Sequence record: DRR723986_11201 | Direction: 5' to 3' (one strand) | DNA length: 62,686 nt | Part shown: positions 19,184 to 29,254 of the stretch, piece after piece | Layout: each line of letters begins with the position of its first letter | Position numbering within the stretch: position 1 is the stretch's first letter | Made by a program: the position numbers and the translations under genes | The notes under the pieces: generated by a model | Seen by the model: the letters and a program-made list of their open reading frames with translations, nothing else | The model's database searches: none | What the model was told of the DNA's origin: nothing

Positions 19184-19963
19184 TCAGGCATTGCGAATCG
19201 TCAGGCCACCGTCCACCAGCAGCGTGGCGCCGGTGATAAAGCTGGACGCCGGCAGAACCAGGCTGAGCGTCGCATGGGCCACTTCCTCCGGTTCGCCATA
19301 GCGACGCAGGCAGGTGCGGCGATTGGCGAAGGTCTGTTTGTCCTGTTCGGGTATCCCATCTGTGATGCCCGTGCGGATCGGCCCCGGGCAGATGCAGTTC
19401 ACCGTGATGCCCTCCTTGCCCAGGTCGACCGCCATGGCGCGGGTCAGACCCATCGAGGCGTGCTTGGCCACGCTGTAGGCACTGTTAAAGCGCGTGGCAC
19501 CGTGGGCCTCGGTGGAAGCGATGTTCACAATTCGCGGATGCCGCGCCTGGCGCAAGGCTGGCAGCGCCGCCCGAATCGCCCAGGCCTGTGCCTCAGCCAT
19601 TACCGCCAGCGACAAATCCCAGACCTCGCCATAGCCCTCGGAATCAATAGCAGCAGGCAGGGCGAAACCGGCATTGTTAACCAGGATGTCCAGCCCGCCG
19701 AAATGGGACACGGCCTCGCCCACGGCAGCGGTTACGGCCTCCCTCGAAGACAGGTCCACTGTGATCGGTAACGCCTGCCCACCCACCGATGCTATCTCGG
19801 CAACGACCGCCGCCAGCGCATCCCCGTCGCGATCCAGCAATGCCAGCCGGGCACCCTCGTCAGCAAACAGCTGCGCGGTCGCGCGGCCCATGCCACTGCC
19901 AGCGCCGGTTATCAGGGCAACACTGCCCTCTATGGATCGACTGAGTTGACTGAGACGGGTCAT
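19184..19963 (-). CDS. Short-chain dehydrogenase/reductase
   Basis: TGAGSGMG, NNAG, YSVAK (YxxxK), CPGPIRT. Confidence 0.93.
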   Translation of the reverse strand: MTRLSQLSRSIEGSVALITGAGSGMGRATAQLFADEGARLALLDRDGDALAAVVAEIASVGGQALPITVDLSSREAVTAAVGEAVSHFGGLDILVNNAGFALPAAIDSEGYGEVWDLSLAVMAEAQAWAIRAALPALRQARHPRIVNIASTEAHGATRFNSAYSVAKHASMGLTRAMAVDLGKEGITVNCICPGPIRTGITDGIPEQDKQTFANRRTCLRRYGEPEEVAHATLSLVLPASSFITGATLLVDGGLTIRNA

Positions 19964-20287
19964 CGTAGCTCCTGTATGCCGCGGTCAACTGCCGCAGTGC
20001 TTACCGATGGGTTCACGTTTTAGCGCAAGATACCACGATCAAGGGCTGCGAAGGGCCGGGGTCATGGTTCCAGCACTCCCGTTCGGTACAGGCAGATGAC
20101 GAAGCGGCCGTGGGCGGCGAGGTGCCGGAGAAAATCGTCGGGGTCTGGATAATCACGGCGGCGGTCTTTTGCCGCCAGGCCGCGGAGGCTTATTTCGCCA
20201 ATGTCACGCTCAGCGATGCTACGGGAACCCGGTCCATACTCGACTGAACCGGGGTCACCGCAGCAACTGAGTAGTGCTGAGAAGCCG

Positions 20288-22588
20288 CTAGCGGAAACTC
20301 TTGCGCAGGGTAATACCCCAGGTCGTTGGCTCGTTGTAGTAGGCGATCATTCGCCCGGGCTGGACGACCGCGTCGGCGATGGTGTTGGTGTACTCTTCGT
20401 CACCGATGTTACGACCCCAGGCCGTGATCTCGAAATCCCAGCTCTCGACTATAAGCCCGGCCCGCAGGTTGATGATGTCGTAGGCGTCCGCCAGTTTCAG
20501 CGGATCGTTGTTTACATCGGTCATACGCTCGTCGGTCCAGATGTACTCACCGTAGAGGAATGCTGTCAGGTCGCCACCGAGTGGGAACTCCTGGCGCAAC
20601 GAGGTCACCACAACGTTCTCCGGGTTGCCGGACAAGCTGCCGCCAGAACGGTTACAGGAACCATCACCATTGTCACCCGGATCGGGCTGGCCCGTATGGA
20701 AGGGCGTGCTGACCCAGCAACTGCCGGCCTCAAAGTCCGCGTACTCCGCATTGTTGTAGGCATAGGCCAGGGTAAGCGTGGTGTAATCCAGAGGCTGCCA
20801 CAGCAGATCCATCTCGCCGCCCCAGGTCTCCGCCGTTCCCGCGTTCTGCAGGGCAAAGCCGGCCCCCTGGAACGAGATGGTCTGCAGGTCATCGGTGTCG
20901 GTCTTGTGCAGGGCAAGGTTGACCCGCAGTGCCTGTTCGGGGAAGTCGGCCTTCATGCCGAGTTCAAAGGCTTCGGATTCCTCCGGCTCAAACACCACGC
21001 TGAGGGTTTCCTGGATCCTGTCTGTGTTGACGCCACCCGCCTTGTAGCCGGTCCCATAGGAGGCGTAGAGCATCGTGTTTTCACCGGCGAACCAGCTCAG
21101 TTTGACAGTACCGGTTACCTGTTCGTCATTTATCTCTTCGTCCACATTCGCGCGCGGAGCCAGCGGCGGGAAAAACGCAAAGCCGAGACCGGGGTTTTCC
21201 TCGGTGAAGACATTGGTCATGTCCTTTTCTTCCTTGGTCCAGCGCAGGCCCGCGGTAAGCAGGAGGGAGTCCGTCAGGCTGTAGTCGATCTGGCCGAACA
21301 CCGCGTAGGAAGTGCTGTCCTGCTCGGAGACATCGCGGGCAAAGCCGCCGGCCGGGAAGAGAAAGGCGGGCACGCCAACCAGCGGGCCGGTATCGGCACC
21401 GACGATGGTATCGACTTCAGCCTCCAGTTCCTGGCTGAAATAAAACAGGCCAGCGACGTACGTCAGTTTCTCGCCGACATTGCTGATGCGAAGTTCCTGG
21501 GAAAGCTGGTTCTGTGATGCGTCATTGGTGCGCACCAGGGCATCGATGTCGTAAAAATCCGCATCGATCCGATCGAAGGAATTAAACTCGCGGTAGGCGG
21601 TGATACTGGTCAGGTCGAAGTTGTCGAGGTACCAGTCCACCTGCATGCTGAGCCCTTCGTCCTCATTCTGCGACTCTGGCAGAAAGCTGGAAGCGACCCG
21701 GTAATCATAAAAATCGTCCTGGTCGACCACCGTGCCACCAAGGGCAACCACGTTGTTGTCGCTGCCAGGTACCGGCGCTGAGCCCGGCGGCAGGCTTTGC
21801 GCTTCGAAGTTGTTTACGTAGTTACCAACCCCGCAGCAGATCTCATCAATCTCCGAGCGGTCGGCTATCACGTGCACGCTGATGGCGTCATTGGGCATCC
21901 ACAGGGCCTGCAGTCGTCCTCCCCAGCGATCGCGGTCTTCAAGCACCTCATTGCCGATACCGATCACGTCCATGAAACCGTCGCGCTCCATGTAGAAACC
22001 GGTCGCCCGGATGGCCAGTTCATCGTCAATCAACGACAGCGACTTGGCGCCGTTGACGCTCAGCAACCCGTAGTCGCCACCGCTGGCTTCGAGGTAGCCG
22101 GTACCCTCAAAGTCCGGCTTGGTACTATTCAGCAATACCGCACCCGAGGGCGTGTTGCGCCCAAACAGCGTGCCCTGGGGACCTCGCAGCACTTCGACCG
22201 CAGCGATATCCACCAGGTTATTGATCATTGCGCTCTGCCGTGCGCGATACACGCCATCCACGTACAAGCCGACCGAGGACTCCAGACCGAAGTTCTGGGA
22301 GCTGGTGAACACCCCGCGGATACTGAACGTGGCGGTTGTGGAAGTCTGGCTCTTGCCCACGCTCAGCGCCGGGTCGATATTGGACACCTCGAAAAAGTCC
22401 CGGACACCGCTCTCCTGTAGTCGCTCACCGGAGAATGCGGTCACCGCAATGGGCACGTCCTGCATACTCTGTTCACGCTTCTGGGCGGTAACCACCACCT
22501 CTTCCAGGATTTTCTGGGCAGAAACAGGACCCGCACCGCAAAGAGTGGCGGCAATCACCGCACAGCTGAGTAACCGTGGCTGAAACAT
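20288..22588 (-). CDS. TonB-dependent receptor
   Basis: Signal peptide, LEEVVVTAQKREQ, EVLRGPQGTLFGRN, C-terminal beta-signal. Confidence 0.95.
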   Translation of the reverse strand: MFQPRLLSCAVIAATLCGAGPVSAQKILEEVVVTAQKREQSMQDVPIAVTAFSGERLQESGVRDFFEVSNIDPALSVGKSQTSTTATFSIRGVFTSSQNFGLESSVGLYVDGVYRARQSAMINNLVDIAAVEVLRGPQGTLFGRNTPSGAVLLNSTKPDFEGTGYLEASGGDYGLLSVNGAKSLSLIDDELAIRATGFYMERDGFMDVIGIGNEVLEDRDRWGGRLQALWMPNDAISVHVIADRSEIDEICCGVGNYVNNFEAQSLPPGSAPVPGSDNNVVALGGTVVDQDDFYDYRVASSFLPESQNEDEGLSMQVDWYLDNFDLTSITAYREFNSFDRIDADFYDIDALVRTNDASQNQLSQELRISNVGEKLTYVAGLFYFSQELEAEVDTIVGADTGPLVGVPAFLFPAGGFARDVSEQDSTSYAVFGQIDYSLTDSLLLTAGLRWTKEEKDMTNVFTEENPGLGFAFFPPLAPRANVDEEINDEQVTGTVKLSWFAGENTMLYASYGTGYKAGGVNTDRIQETLSVVFEPEESEAFELGMKADFPEQALRVNLALHKTDTDDLQTISFQGAGFALQNAGTAETWGGEMDLLWQPLDYTTLTLAYAYNNAEYADFEAGSCWVSTPFHTGQPDPGDNGDGSCNRSGGSLSGNPENVVVTSLRQEFPLGGDLTAFLYGEYIWTDERMTDVNNDPLKLADAYDIINLRAGLIVESWDFEITAWGRNIGDEEYTNTIADAVVQPGRMIAYYNEPTTWGITLRKSFR

Positions 22589-22810
22589 AGAAACCTCGTC
22601 AAAGAAAAGCAGTCAGTAGAATTTGAGACGCCCAACAGTAGGCGGAGATTATGAAAATTACTACCGTGATCCGAAAAAGGACCAGAAATTAAGCTGGTCC
22701 GAACATGGGTTTCGCAGCAAACACGCCAGTTCAGCCATCACCGGTAAAGGGCAAGCCAGCAAACGGTCCGCTGCGGCTGTCTACCAACCGCCCCAGTTAC
22801 TGCCGCCGCG

Positions 22811-23593
22811 TCAATCGATGCGCGCGATGATGCGCAGAGGCCCGCCACTACCGCCGCGTATTTTTACCGGCAAAGCGATCACATAGACGCCAGTCGGCGG
22901 CAGCTGGTCCAGGTTGGCGACATTCTCGAAGGCCGGAATATCATTGGTCATCAGTGCCACATGGGCAGAGAACGTCTTCGACTTGCCGTAATCGATGCTC
23001 GCAGTGTCGATTCCGACCGCCTTGATATGCCGCTGCTGGGTCAGCCAGGTGGCGGCGGGCGCTGACAGGCCGGGAAATGACAGGGCAGCCGCGCCCTCCG
23101 CTCCGCGCAGGGCGGTACCCAGGTACTGGGCCGCGTTTGGCCAGTAGCGGCCAAAGCCGGTCCGCAACAACACAATGCTGTGCTCTGGAATGCTGCCATG
23201 CTGGGCCTCCCAGGCCTCAAGATCCGCCACTGAGATCAGGTGGTCACGGTTTTGTTCAACCTGCGCCGACACATCTACCACCACCGCGGACCCGATCAAC
23301 TGGTCCAGCGGTATCTCGTTCACATGCCGTTTGCCGGCTGCAAAATGGATAGGGGCATCAATATGGGTACCGCCATGCTCTGCGGTGGTAAAGGAATAGG
23401 CCGAGTAGTAATAGCCTCGCTCAGTCACTCCCTCGAAATCCGTAGTCAGTGCGAAAGGGGCAGCCGTAGGCCAGAAAACCGCCTCCGCCGAGAGATCGTG
23501 GGTGAGATCTATCCACTGCGACTCCTGGGCATGGAGGGTGTGAGCGACTGATAGCAAAATGGCGCAAAGGCAGGCGCATAGACGCGTTGGCAT
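22811..23593 (-). CDS. Cyclase family protein (kynurenine formamidase-like metal hydrolase), secreted
   Basis: EHGGTHIDAPIHF, VLLRTG, GIDTASID, ENVANLDQLP, GGSGGPLR; signal peptide from ATG 23593. Confidence 0.9.
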   Translation of the reverse strand: MPTRLCACLCAILLSVAHTLHAQESQWIDLTHDLSAEAVFWPTAAPFALTTDFEGVTERGYYYSAYSFTTAEHGGTHIDAPIHFAAGKRHVNEIPLDQLIGSAVVVDVSAQVEQNRDHLISVADLEAWEAQHGSIPEHSIVLLRTGFGRYWPNAAQYLGTALRGAEGAAALSFPGLSAPAATWLTQQRHIKAVGIDTASIDYGKSKTFSAHVALMTNDIPAFENVANLDQLPPTGVYVIALPVKIRGGSGGPLRIIARID

Positions 23594-23744
23594 GGCTTTA
23601 GTCCTCTGTTGAGCGGTGACAGGATGAGCATAGACCACCGCGGGATGCGGTGGAAATTTTCGGCTATCAGCAGGACTATCCTGCATACTGGTACAACAAT
23701 CAGGATGGGACACCGTCGTCGAGAGGAATACAGGAATTAACAGC

Positions 23745-25298
23745 TTGAAACGTCTACTCAAGGCCCTGCTATTTATTCTGGTAATTGCCACGTCGTGCCT
23801 GGGCCTGCTGGTTTACCTGCCACTGCCCTCGGCGCCGAACGTGGGCATACCTGGAAACTACGCCATTAGCCACGTCAGTATCGTGGACACCATCAGCGGC
23901 GAGATAGCCAGGGACAGGACCGTGCTTATCGCTGAAGGGCGGGTTAGCGAGGTGCTTCACAGCTCGGAGACCTACCCCAGGGACCGGTTCGCCCAGATAA
24001 GCGGAATGGGCAAGTTCCTGATTCCCGGTTTATGGGATATGCACACCCACAGCCTGAAGCTGTCTCCACAGCTCCACCATCCATTGTTCCTGCGCTGGGG
24101 GGTGACCGCCGCGCGCGACATGTCGGGCTGCCTGGGTGTGGACGATAGCTACTGGGCGTGCCCCGCAGACCGGCGGCGGTGGGAGAAAACGGCCCTCGCC
24201 GGGGAGCGTGTCTCACCTCGCTACCCCTTGCAAAGTAGTTACCAGACCAATGGCGGCGATGAAGTTCCGGCGGGCTACCCCGACTTTTTCCGCTTACAGA
24301 GTGTCGCTGACGCCCACAAACTGGTGGACTTCTACGCCGGGCAAGGTGTCGATTTTATCAAGACCTATTCCGGACTGACGCCAACGCAGTTCGACCAGCT
24401 GTCACGGGCGGCCAGCGCGCGAGGGATAGCGCTTGCCGGCCACAAGCCGCTGTCTGCCTCCCTGCACCAGGCGCTGGCCAGCCAGATGACGAGTATCGAG
24501 CATGGCCGACTGTTCATGTTCGAATGCTACAGCGGCATCGAGGCATTCAGACGCCTGGAAGACCCGGTAGCCCACTACAACGCCAGGTTCATGCGCGAAC
24601 TGATTGAAGGCCAGGACGCGGCGACCTGCCAGCAACTCATGGCCCAGATGGCGGGCAGCCCGGCGAGCTGGGTTCCCACGCTCACCACCCTGAAGATGAG
24701 CGCTATGGCCAATGACCCGACCTTCCGTGAGGACTCCCGTCTGGCTACCGTCCCCTATGTGGTCCGCAAGCTGATCTGGGAACCCGATATCACGCGCGCG
24801 GCGACCCGCGGTTATGACGACGAGGGTCGTTTTGTGCATACGGACTTTTTTAATCTCGCGAGCCGGCAGATCGGCCTCGCCCAAAGGGCCGGGGTTCGGG
24901 TGCTGGCCGGCACCGACAACATTGATTCATGGGTTTTCACCGGCTCCAGCCTGCACGACGAGCTGGCCATGCTGGTCAATGCGGGGCTTTCCCCGCTTGT
25001 GGCACTGCAGGCGGCGACCATCGAAGCCGCGCGGTTCAGCGGCCTGGCGGACGAATTCGGTAGCGTGGAGCCCGGGAAGCGCGCCGACCTGGTGCTGCTT
25101 AGCGCTGACCCGCTCGCTGACATCAACAACACACGCCAGATCGAGGCCGTGCTGTTCGCAGGGCGCTATTTCGACCGGTCTGCGCTTCAGTCGTTAGAGT
25201 CTTACGCGACCACGATGGCCCAGAGCGTCAGGGTCAACCTCAGGTACCTGTACACCATGCTTGCCAGCGCGTCGATGCGGAAACAGCTCGCTGACTGA
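23745..25298 (+). CDS. Amidohydrolase family protein, N-terminally membrane-anchored
   Basis: IPGLWDMHTH, IKTY, SIEH, LAGTD, GSVEPGKRADLVLL. Confidence 0.9.
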   Translation: MKRLLKALLFILVIATSCLGLLVYLPLPSAPNVGIPGNYAISHVSIVDTISGEIARDRTVLIAEGRVSEVLHSSETYPRDRFAQISGMGKFLIPGLWDMHTHSLKLSPQLHHPLFLRWGVTAARDMSGCLGVDDSYWACPADRRRWEKTALAGERVSPRYPLQSSYQTNGGDEVPAGYPDFFRLQSVADAHKLVDFYAGQGVDFIKTYSGLTPTQFDQLSRAASARGIALAGHKPLSASLHQALASQMTSIEHGRLFMFECYSGIEAFRRLEDPVAHYNARFMRELIEGQDAATCQQLMAQMAGSPASWVPTLTTLKMSAMANDPTFREDSRLATVPYVVRKLIWEPDITRAATRGYDDEGRFVHTDFFNLASRQIGLAQRAGVRVLAGTDNIDSWVFTGSSLHDELAMLVNAGLSPLVALQAATIEAARFSGLADEFGSVEPGKRADLVLLSADPLADINNTRQIEAVLFAGRYFDRSALQSLESYATTMAQSVRVNLRYLYTMLASASMRKQLAD

Positions 25299-25312
25299 TG
25301 CCCGGCTGCAGC

Positions 25313-26284
25313 TTATTCGACCAGGAAGCAGGCACTACGGTGGTCGCCATCCACCGCGATAAGCTCTGGCGATGACGCACTGCAGCGGTCCATGACCTCG
25401 GGGCAGCGCGGGTGAAAGTGGCAGCCGGTAGGGGGGTCGATCGGTGAAGGCACATCTCCCGACAGCACCTGCCGCTTCGCCTTGTGATGTGGATCGGGTA
25501 TCGGGATCGCCGAGATCAGCGATCGGGTATAGGGGTGCTGCGGATTGCGGTAGATCGTTTCCGAGTCAGCCGTCTCGACCACCTTGCCCAGATACATGAT
25601 GGCCACCCGATCAGAGATATGTTTCACCACAGCGAGGTCGTGGGCGATAAACAGATAGGACAGCTTGAACTCCTGCTGCAGATCGTTGAGCAGGTTCAGG
25701 ATCTGGCTCTGGATGGAGACATCCAGCGCGGAGACCGGCTCGTCGCATATGATCAGTCGCGGGTTTAGGGCGATGGCCCGGGCAATGCCTATCCGCTGGC
25801 GCTGGCCACCGGAAAACTCGAAGGGGTAGCGGGTAGCGGAGCGAGCCGGAAGGCCGACGATATCGAGCAGCTCCCGCACCCGCCCGCTGCGGAAGGCTTT
25901 ATCCCCCATTTTGTGAATGATGAAGGGCTCCTCCAGGATCTCCCCCACGGTATGTCGGGCGTTGAGGGACTCCATCGGGTCCTGGAAGATCATCTGGATG
26001 TGCTGGCGGAAAGGCAAGAGCGCCTTACCCCGCAGATGCGTGATGTCTTCACCTTCGAACAGTACGTTGCCGCCGGTGGGTGTGTACAACCGGCTGATGC
26101 AGCGACCCAAGGTGGATTTCCCACAGCCAGACTCCCCGACCAGGCCGAGGGTTTCGCCGGGCTGTATCGACAGGGAGACGCCATCGACCGCGCGATTGAA
26201 CTTGCTCGCCCGCAACAGGATGCCGGCACGAACCGGGAAATGCATCTGCAGGTCCCGAACTTCCAGCAAAGGGGTGGCGGTCAT
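25313..26284 (-). CDS. Peptide ABC transporter ATP-binding protein (OppF/DppF-like)
   Basis: GESGCGKST, FSGGQRQR, ICDEP, HPYT, C-terminal Cys cluster. Confidence 0.95.
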   Translation of the reverse strand: MTATPLLEVRDLQMHFPVRAGILLRASKFNRAVDGVSLSIQPGETLGLVGESGCGKSTLGRCISRLYTPTGGNVLFEGEDITHLRGKALLPFRQHIQMIFQDPMESLNARHTVGEILEEPFIIHKMGDKAFRSGRVRELLDIVGLPARSATRYPFEFSGGQRQRIGIARAIALNPRLIICDEPVSALDVSIQSQILNLLNDLQQEFKLSYLFIAHDLAVVKHISDRVAIMYLGKVVETADSETIYRNPQHPYTRSLISAIPIPDPHHKAKRQVLSGDVPSPIDPPTGCHFHPRCPEVMDRCSASSPELIAVDGDHRSACFLVE

Positions 26285-27252
26285 AGCTCACTCCAGCGGA
26301 TGCAACCCACCCTGTGTTCTCCGGCAACCACCTCGACGCCCGGCGCCTGCTCAGCACAGGCGTCGATTGCATGCGGACAGCGATTCTGGAAGCGGCAGCC
26401 GGAGGGCAGGTCCATCAGCCCCGGGACCATGCCTTCAATGATACTGAGCCGGGATTTGGGTTGGGTTTCCAGGCGCGGGATAGAGGCCAGTAAGCCGCGG
26501 GTATAGGGATGAGCGGCACGGTCAAAAATATCGTAAACACTGCCTTGCTCCGCCACCCTGCCTGCATACATAACCAGCACGTCATCGCTGGTTTCCGCGA
26601 TAACCCCGAGGTCATGGGTAATCATTATCACGGCCATTCCCAACTCTGACTGCAATTCGCGGATGAGTTCCAGAATCTGTGCCTGGATGGTGACATCCAG
26701 CGCCGTGGTCGGTTCGTCGGCGATCAGCAGGGCCGGTTCACAGGCCAGGGCAATGGCGATAACCACCCGCTGGCGCATGCCACCCGATAACTGGTGGGGA
26801 TACTCCCCCATGCGAACATCGGGCGACGGGATACCGACCCGGGCGAGCAGTTCGACGCCATCGCGAATGGCGACCTCCGGGGCAATATCCCGGTGCAGCA
26901 GCATCACCTCGGTCAGCTGCTTGCCAATCGTTTGCACCGGGTTCAGGGCGGTCATCGGCTCCTGGAATACCATGCCGATATCCTTGCCCCGCACCTTCTC
27001 CATGGCCACAAGCGGCAGCTGGGTCAGGTCGGTGCCGCGAAACTGTACCGATCCGCCGGCAATACGGCCCATCGGCTGGGGCAACAGGCGCATGATGGAA
27101 TGCGCGGTGACGCTCTTGCCGCAGCCTGACTCACCCACGATGCCCAGGGTCTTGCCCGCTTCCACGCTAAAGCTGACCCCGTCGACAGCGCGCACGATTC
27201 CCTCATCGGTATCGAATTCGGTGACCAGGCTGTCGACTTCAAGCAGGGGCAT
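26281..27252 (-). CDS. Peptide ABC transporter ATP-binding protein (OppD/DppD-like)
   Basis: GESGCGKS, LSGGMRQR, IADEPTTALD, HPYT. Confidence 0.95.
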   Translation of the reverse strand: MPLLEVDSLVTEFDTDEGIVRAVDGVSFSVEAGKTLGIVGESGCGKSVTAHSIMRLLPQPMGRIAGGSVQFRGTDLTQLPLVAMEKVRGKDIGMVFQEPMTALNPVQTIGKQLTEVMLLHRDIAPEVAIRDGVELLARVGIPSPDVRMGEYPHQLSGGMRQRVVIAIALACEPALLIADEPTTALDVTIQAQILELIRELQSELGMAVIMITHDLGVIAETSDDVLVMYAGRVAEQGSVYDIFDRAAHPYTRGLLASIPRLETQPKSRLSIIEGMVPGLMDLPSGCRFQNRCPHAIDACAEQAPGVEVVAGEHRVGCIRWSEL

Positions 27253-27261
27253 GCGCGCGAC

Positions 27262-29244
27262 TCAGTCTTTCCACTGCTCGTAGTAATTGATCTGGGGCCC
27301 GAAGCTGACCCCGTTCTTGCGCGCTTCGAGGGTCTCCTTCTTCATCTCTTCATCTACCCAGTGCACCCAGAACTGGCCCGCGCTGCGGGTGTGCTTATGG
27401 TTGAAATACTCCGGGTAGCGAATCCAGCGCCAGCTACCTATGCGGTAAAAGCCCTGGTAAAAGCCGGGCACATAGGACGCATAGTCATGGTGGATGCGCG
27501 TGATCTGGTTAGCGATCTCGATCATCTCCTGCTTATCCGAGGACACGCGATAGCGATCGATCAGGGCATCGACCTCGGGCATGGCGAACACCTCGAGGTT
27601 GTTGGTCTGCACCTTCAGCTTGCGCTCCGGGTTGACGCTGCCGTCTTCCAGGTAGGGTTTATCGAAGGCATTGTCCGAGTGATAGTGCTCCCAGAAACGC
27701 GGGTACATTTCCAGGAACACCCCAAACCCGGCAAGGTGCAGTTCATGCTGTTTCTCCTGCACTTTCTTCCAGCCGGCGGTGCCGTCCAGCACCTCTACCC
27801 GGTACTCCAGACCCGCCTTGGCGGCTTCCTCCTTGAGGATGGTCAGCACATCTTTCATTGACTGGTAGCCGGTGGAAACCGTGAAGGCCAGACGCTGGCC
27901 CGCCGCGTTTACCAGGATGCCGTCGGCTCCGCGTTCGGTGAAGCCAGCCTTCGCAAAGTGCTCCTGGGCCTTGTTGATATCGTATTCACGCGCCCGGGTA
28001 CCCGACTCGGAGAACTCGCCAAACCCGTCGTGCGGCGTCTGCAGGCGGCTGTAATCACCACGGAAGAACTTGTCGATTACCAGCTGGAAGTTGGTGGCGT
28101 ACTGGATACCGAGGCGCACCTCCAGATTGTCCAGCAGCGGTCGGTCGGTGTTAATCCATAAGCCGATATTTGGTCGCGGACGCTGATTATAAAACACGGA
28201 CTTGTGGATATAACCCGCCTGCACCTCGGGTGCATCATCCGGCAGCTTCTCGTACCAGTATTCCGCCAGGTTCAGGCCGGACTGGTCAAGATCGCCCCGA
28301 CGAAACGCCTCAAAGGCCTTCTCCAGATCGCGGATGACAGTGAACTGGACGCGATCGGCATTGAAGCGATAGCGGTAATGCTTCTTGTCACCGGCCCACC
28401 AGTCCTTGACCCGGACCAGCGAGATCGAGCGACCCTTTTTGATGGTTGCCTCATCGACAGTGTAGGCACCCGTGGTGGGCGGCACTCGCCACTGGTAACG
28501 CTCGACGAAATCTTCACCGACCTCCTTGTAGAAGTGCTGGGCGATAGGTACCAGTTCCAGCACCTTGGAATCCGCGTCCGGCCGGGCTGATGTATTGGTA
28601 ATGGAAAAGGTGCGATCGTCAAAGTGCGTGATGTTAGTGAACTGGGTGCTGTAGAAGTTGTTGTACCAGGGTGCGGTCACGTAGGGCGAGCGATAGAACC
28701 AGAACATGAAGAAGAAGTCGTCAGTCGTAACCGGCTCCCCGTCGGACCAGGTGGCCCTGGGGTCCAGGCGCACATAAACCGTTTTGCCGTCTTCCCCGAT
28801 AGCCCATTCGTCAGCCAGGGCGGGAACAAAATCAAACGCATCCTGGTGACGGAAGGCCACACGCATGGCGATGTCATCCAACAGGAAAGGACGGAAGCTT
28901 CCGTTCGAGTCGGGGCCAACCGTGCGCAGCGTGCGGGGAAAGTCCTGAAGAGTGTGGTACTCGGTGCCGCCCTTGATCGCCTCAGGGGAGCCCATTTCGG
29001 GCAGGCCCTCGCCACGCTGCCAGGGCAGGTCCGCAGGCAGGTCCTCAATGCTTTTGAAGCTGAAAAAGTCGGGGTTAGCCGCATAATAGGCCTGCACTTC
29101 TTCGGTATTGTCATGTGCCGCAGAAGCACCCCCTTCTGCCACTCCAGGTTCGGAATCATCGCCGCCACAGGCCACGAGAACCAGGCCCATCGCCCCCAGA
29201 AGGAATGTACGCAGCCAGGTGCTCATGCCGGATGATGTTTTCAT
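27262..29244 (-). CDS. Peptide ABC transporter substrate-binding protein (YejA-like, family 5), lipoprotein
   Basis: KGGT, WSDGEPVTTDD, TGAY; lipobox LVAC; start ATG 29244 with GAGG RBS. Confidence 0.9.
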   Translation of the reverse strand: MKTSSGMSTWLRTFLLGAMGLVLVACGGDDSEPGVAEGGASAAHDNTEEVQAYYAANPDFFSFKSIEDLPADLPWQRGEGLPEMGSPEAIKGGTEYHTLQDFPRTLRTVGPDSNGSFRPFLLDDIAMRVAFRHQDAFDFVPALADEWAIGEDGKTVYVRLDPRATWSDGEPVTTDDFFFMFWFYRSPYVTAPWYNNFYSTQFTNITHFDDRTFSITNTSARPDADSKVLELVPIAQHFYKEVGEDFVERYQWRVPPTTGAYTVDEATIKKGRSISLVRVKDWWAGDKKHYRYRFNADRVQFTVIRDLEKAFEAFRRGDLDQSGLNLAEYWYEKLPDDAPEVQAGYIHKSVFYNQRPRPNIGLWINTDRPLLDNLEVRLGIQYATNFQLVIDKFFRGDYSRLQTPHDGFGEFSESGTRAREYDINKAQEHFAKAGFTERGADGILVNAAGQRLAFTVSTGYQSMKDVLTILKEEAAKAGLEYRVEVLDGTAGWKKVQEKQHELHLAGFGVFLEMYPRFWEHYHSDNAFDKPYLEDGSVNPERKLKVQTNNLEVFAMPEVDALIDRYRVSSDKQEMIEIANQITRIHHDYASYVPGFYQGFYRIGSWRWIRYPEYFNHKHTRSAGQFWVHWVDEEMKKETLEARKNGVSFGPQINYYEQWKD

Positions 29245-29254
29245 GCGGAAATCC

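Noticed and set aside
20201-21517. 438-aa plus-strand ORF
   Set aside because: Antisense shadow of the TonB receptor caused by GC-rich codon bias; no motifs
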